NCBI GenBank assembly: GCA_032718475.1
Contig: JAUCBJ010004291.1
Span: 12,129-76,128, forward strand
Origin: Nemertoderma westbladi
Taxonomy: Eukaryota; Animalia; Xenacoelomorpha
DNA length: 64,000 nucleotides
Reading direction: 5' to 3'
Below the pieces are notes generated by a model. That model made no database searches and was not told the origin of the DNA. It was given only the letters and a program-made list of their open reading frames with translations. Position numbers and translations under genes: made by a program. Below, piece after piece: positions 61,782 through 64,000 of the stretch. The first letter of the stretch is position 1. Each line of letters opens with the position of its first letter.

Positions 61782-62619
61782 TCGAGTTAGGGTTGGGAGG
61801 GGGGAAAAACGAGAGGTCGGATCTTTAGGGTGATCGAAAAGGTGTTCGTTAATGTAAGTGCCAATATTTCGGCCACAACATGTAATAATAATTGAATTAT
61901 TATACAAATAAACAGGCCTTCAACAGGGCAAATGCAATCGGGATGTGTCGGGCTATCGGAGAGCACTTTTTAGACAAACATCACGGACATAGCAGCAAAC
62001 CGCACCCTTTTACCATTAAAATTAAACGCATTTGCAAGGATTGGACCGACAGAAAACTGAGCGAAAAACACTTAATAACACACGAACACTTAACACGCAA
62101 TACAACATAGATTATAACCGGGGATGGTAAGCTTTATACTGTACTGTATTATATCGCGTTATAAATATAATAATATTTTTCTACACTGGTATTTTATATT
62201 AATATTAATTCTGTTCGGTGCGAATTATGTTATATCACTACCTATTTAATTATTTTGCTTTCAATACCTGATGCTAATGTAACTAATTTCATTGCCACCA
62301 GTTACAGGGATATGCGTAGCCCCTTTATTTAAATTATATAATTTGTTTGTTACCTACACTGGCTTACCGTACTGCAGTAGTAAGTAACATAGTTTGAGTA
62401 GTGCCTTGTAGGAAGTAGTGCAGTAGTGTTTAGTCAGTTTTTATGTAGCCCGACACATCCCGATTGCATTTGCCCTGTTGAAGGCCTGTTTATTTGTATA
62501 ATAATTCAATTATTATTACATGTTGTGGCCGAAATATTGGCACTTACATTAACGAACACGTTTTCGTTCACCCTAAAGATCCGACTTCCCGTTTTTCCCC
62601 CCTCCCAACCCTAACTCGA
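61782..62619. mobile_element. MITE with ~175-bp TIRs
   Basis: 61782-61955 is a near-perfect reverse complement of 62445-62619; flanks acataa/aaataa. Confidence 0.85.
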
Positions 62620-63599
62620 AAATAAAGATTTGAGAGGAGGTATAAGAATGGGAAGAGAGTGGGTTACTAACAATTTTAATTATTTTGAAATATTTCAGGC
62701 AAGAAAGAAACTAAGTAAAGCAGAATAAATTCAGCAAAAACAACATCTATAGTGGATTAATATGTGAGATATATAATAAGCGAATGAACTGTTCAATAAC
62801 GATGTTCTCCAATAATAGTCATAAACCATGCCAGCCTTTGAATCCAAAGATTCACCATCCTGGCTACATGATTCATGCACACTGATTTCAGGCTTTGGAT
62901 TACATGCAGAGGGGCAACTGAAAGCAAATACCTCATCAATGGCGGGTAATGTCAGGGAAGCAATCTACCTACAGCCCATCTTGTCATCATATCTGCAGCT
63001 CGTTATGTTAACTGGCCTGACCAGAGAAAATATATATTCTACCTTAATTGGAATATATTTTCGTGCTTTTCTGAGATTTGACACAGAGATTTCATATCAG
63101 CTCGAGTTTGGGGCTGGTCTTTACATTAATATATTAATTATAATAAATTGTAAATAAAATTAAAATAAAGTATATTTGACTTGTGTTCTATGACTATTTA
63201 TTTATTAAATGCATATAATTATAAATCAAATTATGCAATTATACTATACTATAAAGAAAGAAGTAAAATACATGAAATATAGAAATTCAATGTTATGTTC
63301 AATATACAGAGTGTATCCCCATACATTTTTTACTTTAGATAGCTATAATATTGGTCTGTAAAATACTTTGTCTACAGGTCAGTAAATGACAGAGGAGTGG
63401 TGAGGTATTGTGTGTGACTTCTCCACCAGCATAAGCTGGCCCATCTACTTACCTTAATGGGTGGAAGGTTCACTTAAAGAAACTGATAGTGAGCATCTAC
63501 TACCTCCTGACTAAACTCCAAGACATCGCAGGAAGATTACACCATAAAAAATGCGAACTTACAAACTAGTTTCATGCCCAATAAAAAACAAACCTGCAG

Positions 63600-64000
63600 C
63601 CTTTATGGATCTTCGCTGTTGCAAAGAGCATTAAGACCAATCGTGCCAGTGGAGTAGATGGTGTTCCCCCTGAGGTCTTTAAAATACCTGAGTGTTTAAA
63701 GCTCATCTATCCCATCATAGTAGACATGTACCGTACAACAAGAGTCCCACAAGAAATGAAAACAAATAAGTTGGTGCCAGTTCCCAAGAAGGGCAACCTA
63801 ACACTCTATGGTTCTTTTCGGGGAATCTCATTGATCTCGATTGCTGCAAAGCTATACAATAGGATTCTATTAAATCGCATCAGGGATCCCATTGAGAGAC
63901 TGCTCCGTGGAAATCAGAATGGGTTCCGTAAAGGTCGTGGGACCATGGAGCCCATTTTGGCACTTAGAAGGATAATTGAAGAATTATCAAAAAAGAAAGA
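63600..64000 (+). mobile_element. RTE-like LINE reverse transcriptase N-terminal part, running off the window
   Basis: KTNRASGVDGVPPEVFK...VPVPKKGNL...FRGISLISIAAKLYNRILLNRI...NQNGFRKGRGT. Confidence 0.88.

Noticed and set aside
62790-63120. Minus-strand LLLENIVIEQF resembling a SCAN/Gmr1-type gag relic
   Set aside because: Only one short motif among many stops; too weak to call.

Overview
This is an AT-rich, repeat-dense window from an animal (probably invertebrate) nuclear genome. It is made almost entirely of transposable elements and minisatellites. I found no confident host gene, RNA gene or CRISPR array. Main contents: (1) a young Ty3/Gypsy internal fragment in circularly permuted order (RT-RH / PBS-gag-PR-RT start, 3966-6785) with no LTRs. 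(2) A complete, recent, non-autonomous Bel/Pao LTR element (16613-28872; 1207-bp LTRs, ATAGC TSD). It has no tRNA-type PBS; instead the 12 nt abutting the 5' LTR are perfectly complementary to a 12-mer inside the LTR, which is a Tf1-like self-priming configuration. It also carries a duplicated structured leader module and a decayed extra ORF. (3) Nested Mutator-like elements and MITEs (29094-33218). (4) An IS3EU element whose transposase lacks its catalytic core (33639-34964). (5) A ~7.9-kb 24-bp minisatellite with higher-order structure, grown out of a MULE/SWIM transposase relic. (6) A decayed piggyBac and many LINE fragments. All family assignments come from motif recognition by eye and were not checked against databases.
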